From positions 10,292,001 to 10,356,000 of the forward strand of contig JBHGNT010000003.1 in the NCBI GenBank assembly GCA_043228905.1: 64,000 nucleotides of DNA. The letters run 5' to 3'. The stretch is from Azolla caroliniana (Eukaryota; Plantae; Polypodiophyta). The translations under genes and the position numbers were made by a program. The notes beneath the pieces are model-generated. The model was given only the letters and a program-made list of their open reading frames with translations, was not told the DNA's origin and ran no database searches. Every line of letters begins with the position of its first letter. Position 1 is the first letter of the stretch. Below are positions 61,365-64,000 of the stretch, one piece after another.

Positions 61365-63599
61365 TGTTGAGAGATCAACCTCAACTTAGTTTAGTTATTT
61401 AGTCAACCATATAACTTTGTAGTTACCTAGATAGAATCTAGTTAGGAGTGTTGACTATAACGCCTTAAATAGGACCTTGTACTTAGGGGGATATTCTAGA
61501 TCTTACACTCCTAAGTACATTTAATATAGGACTTATACCTTAGTACCTATATTCTACTCACACATGTGCACCTTTGCACATGAGATGTATATATACCTCA
61601 TTGTGGGTATTTTTGTATTTGATGATGATAATGCTAATTTAATATAGAGTTAATCATCCCCCATCTTGTGTTGTTCATAAGTGTACTTCTCTCTCTCTTC
61701 CTCTCACACACATACACACACATATCACGTAATCTTCCGCTTATCAACTAATCACATAATTAGGTACTAATTAACCCATGTTTAATTACCTAATTATTAA
61801 CATGGTATTAGAGCATGTGGTTTAGCATATCCACTAAGCCCATCCGCCTCTTCATAATTGTGTGTTCGAAACACCGATGACAAATTCCAGTTATCCGCTA
61901 CCGTAGTGCCGCTACGTAGCACGAGTACATAATCGAAGGAAGAAAAGCAAAACGGAAGACACTACATCAAAATGAACACACAAATGGGTAGCTCGCCCCC
62001 TAGTGAAAAGCTAGACCAGAGCAATTATTCATCTTGGGACTACAAGATGACCCAATACCTTGTCGGCCAAGGGTATTGGAGTTACATCAACGGCGCTCAA
62101 GAAAATCGATCGGACGCAAAGAACGTCGACTACTCAACATGGGAGCAAGCGGCTAGTCGAGTCATGTATTGCTTGGGAACATGTGTCCACGACCACATGC
62201 TTAGCCACATTCGAGACGCCAAGACGCCGAAAGAGACGTGGGAGAACTTAAAGAAAATGTTCGCCGCCAACACGACCGCCCAAAAGCTTCAACTACGACA
62301 AGAGTTTAACAACATTCAGACTACATTGCCAAGATCAACAACATTTGCGACTCGCTTGGCTCCATCAAAATAAACGTCGACGAAGACGAGATGGTTCAAG
62401 TATGCTTGGGCGGCCTTGCACAACGATTCGACTCGTTGAGGACGGCAATCTTGGCGAGGGAAAATCCTCCTTCGTTCTTCGACCTTCAATTAATGCTAAT
62501 GGTTGAAGAGAACCACGTTCAAGCCAAAACCAAGACATCGGAAGGACAAATGTTCTTCTCGGATTCAGATGGTAGTTGAGGACGAAGTCGAGGTAGTAGA
62601 AGAGGCCAATTCGGCCCATCACATGAAGGGAACTCAAACCTTCACGGAAGCCATCAAAGAACCTTCAGAAGAAGGGGGAGCTTCCATGCCGAACAAGGTC
62701 GCCAAATGAGGCCCATACAATGCAATTATTGCGGCAAAATCGGCCACTACAAAGAGGAGTGTTGGAAAAAGAGAAGTGAGTCGGCTTCGACAAATTGACA
62801 ACTCACAAACTAAGCCAACAACTCCGAATACAACGACTACGGTGGTCTATTCGTAATGAGACATAGAGCGAACTCTATGATGGCCTCCAATCCACAAGCA
62901 CCTCCAACTCAGAATATGTGTGGTGCATCGATTCCGGTGCCTCACATCACATGACATCCCACGAAGAGTGGTTCAATGATTTGCACACACCCAATCGACC
63001 CGACATCATAGAGATGGGTGACGACACCACACATCCCATTCGGCACATTGACAATGTCCCATTCGGGAAAGAAGGCGAGCAAACTTGCATCAAGAATGTC
63101 TTGCACGTGCCCACGATAATGAAGAATTTGGTCTCGGTCGGCCAAATCATGGAGCAAGGCATGCAAGTCCGCTTCAACAACGAAGGTTGTTTCATCGAGA
63201 AAGATGGCCGACTCATAGCTAAGGGGCCGAGAGATGGTCGAATGTTCATCCTCATTCGAACAAGATGAAATCGGCAATGTACGCTAAAGGTCTCAAAACG
63301 GAGACAAGCATCGAGTTGTGGCACAAGAGAATTGGCCACATAAACCTCCAACGGCTCCGAGCTATGCAAATCAAAGGTCGTCGTCATCGGAATTCCAACA
63401 TTCAAGTCAACCGAGTATGTGAAGCGCGTCAACTCGGCAAACAACATCGACTCCCATTCCCGAAGGTGAGCCACGCGAGCAAAGGCCTCCTCGACATCAT
63501 ACACTCGAATGTATGGAGACCAACTCAAACGCCAATGATCGGCGGATGCCGATTCTACGTCACCTTCATCGACGACTACTTGTGCTACGCGTGGATCTT
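61365..63599 (+). mobile_element. Copia 5' part (LTR, PBS, gag, protease, start of integrase)
   Basis: LTR 61365-61802, PBS TGGTATTAGAGC at 61803, KLDQSNYSSW gag, WCIDSGASHHM, LWHKRIGH, YVTFIDDY. Confidence 0.9.
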
Positions 63600-63918
63600 T
63601 GTAAAAGAATACATGTGCGGAAACGTATGCACAACACAGAGTACACAATTCGGAGACCGATAGTTTGGTAAAACACAGAGAACATAGAGATGGAGATGGA
63701 GATGGAGAGACAAAGATTGAGAGGCAACTTAGTTCTATTTCAAAATAATGACACTCTGTACATATTTCGTGCTCAATGAGCACCTTTTATACAAACCCTA
63801 ACTATCGGGCTGACACAAGTACTGACAGTACTTGACTGCTCATAAATGAGCCTACTACACTAACTCCCAAAATTATTCCTTACGAGGAATACCATACTAA
63901 TGGCCTTTCGGTTTACGC
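63600..63918 (-). mobile_element. LTR related to the 48375-53966 family, itself interrupted by another LTR starting at 63919
   Basis: Shares GACAGTACTTGACTGCTCATAAATGAGCCTACTACA...CCTTACGAGGAAT with LTR 48375-48748. A new TGTCGTGAAG terminus begins at 63919. Confidence 0.8.
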
Positions 63919-64000
63919 TGTCGTGAAGATTTTTGGCAATAGTGTGAAAATCCCATAAAACGTACAAAATCGAGTATTAATCATGTAATACAATAATTGT

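Overview
Eukaryotic land-plant genomic DNA. A seed-free vascular plant such as a fern is my inference from the storage protein and the tRNA-Trp-primed Gypsy elements; this is not proven. The left ~31 kb is a gene island with three genes. (1) An intronless 2S-albumin/prolamin-superfamily storage protein gene (-) with an RY/G-box promoter. (2) A RING-H2 E3 ligase gene (+) with a GC-AG intron. (3) A 10-exon ER-type J-domain co-chaperone gene (dnaJ 50/C50-like, -, 11058-30537) that the ORF track misses. The right ~33 kb is a nest of decayed Ty1/copia and Ty3/gypsy elements, two of them with intact TSDs, plus a remnant of a probable Sola/DUF7869-like DNA transposon. The most striking structure lies in the 13.8-kb intron 8 of the DnaJ gene. 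A short-LTR copia element there is split by an 8.2-kb array of non-coding, tRNA-Arg(UCU)-primed LTR-like units in tandem and inverted orientation, each with a different internal cargo. One unit carries an intronless HSP90 5' fragment with an HSP70 fragment beside it, antisense to the host DnaJ gene. Two units meet head-on to form a ~0.75-kb-arm inverted repeat. All homology calls come from reading and translating by eye; no database searches were run.
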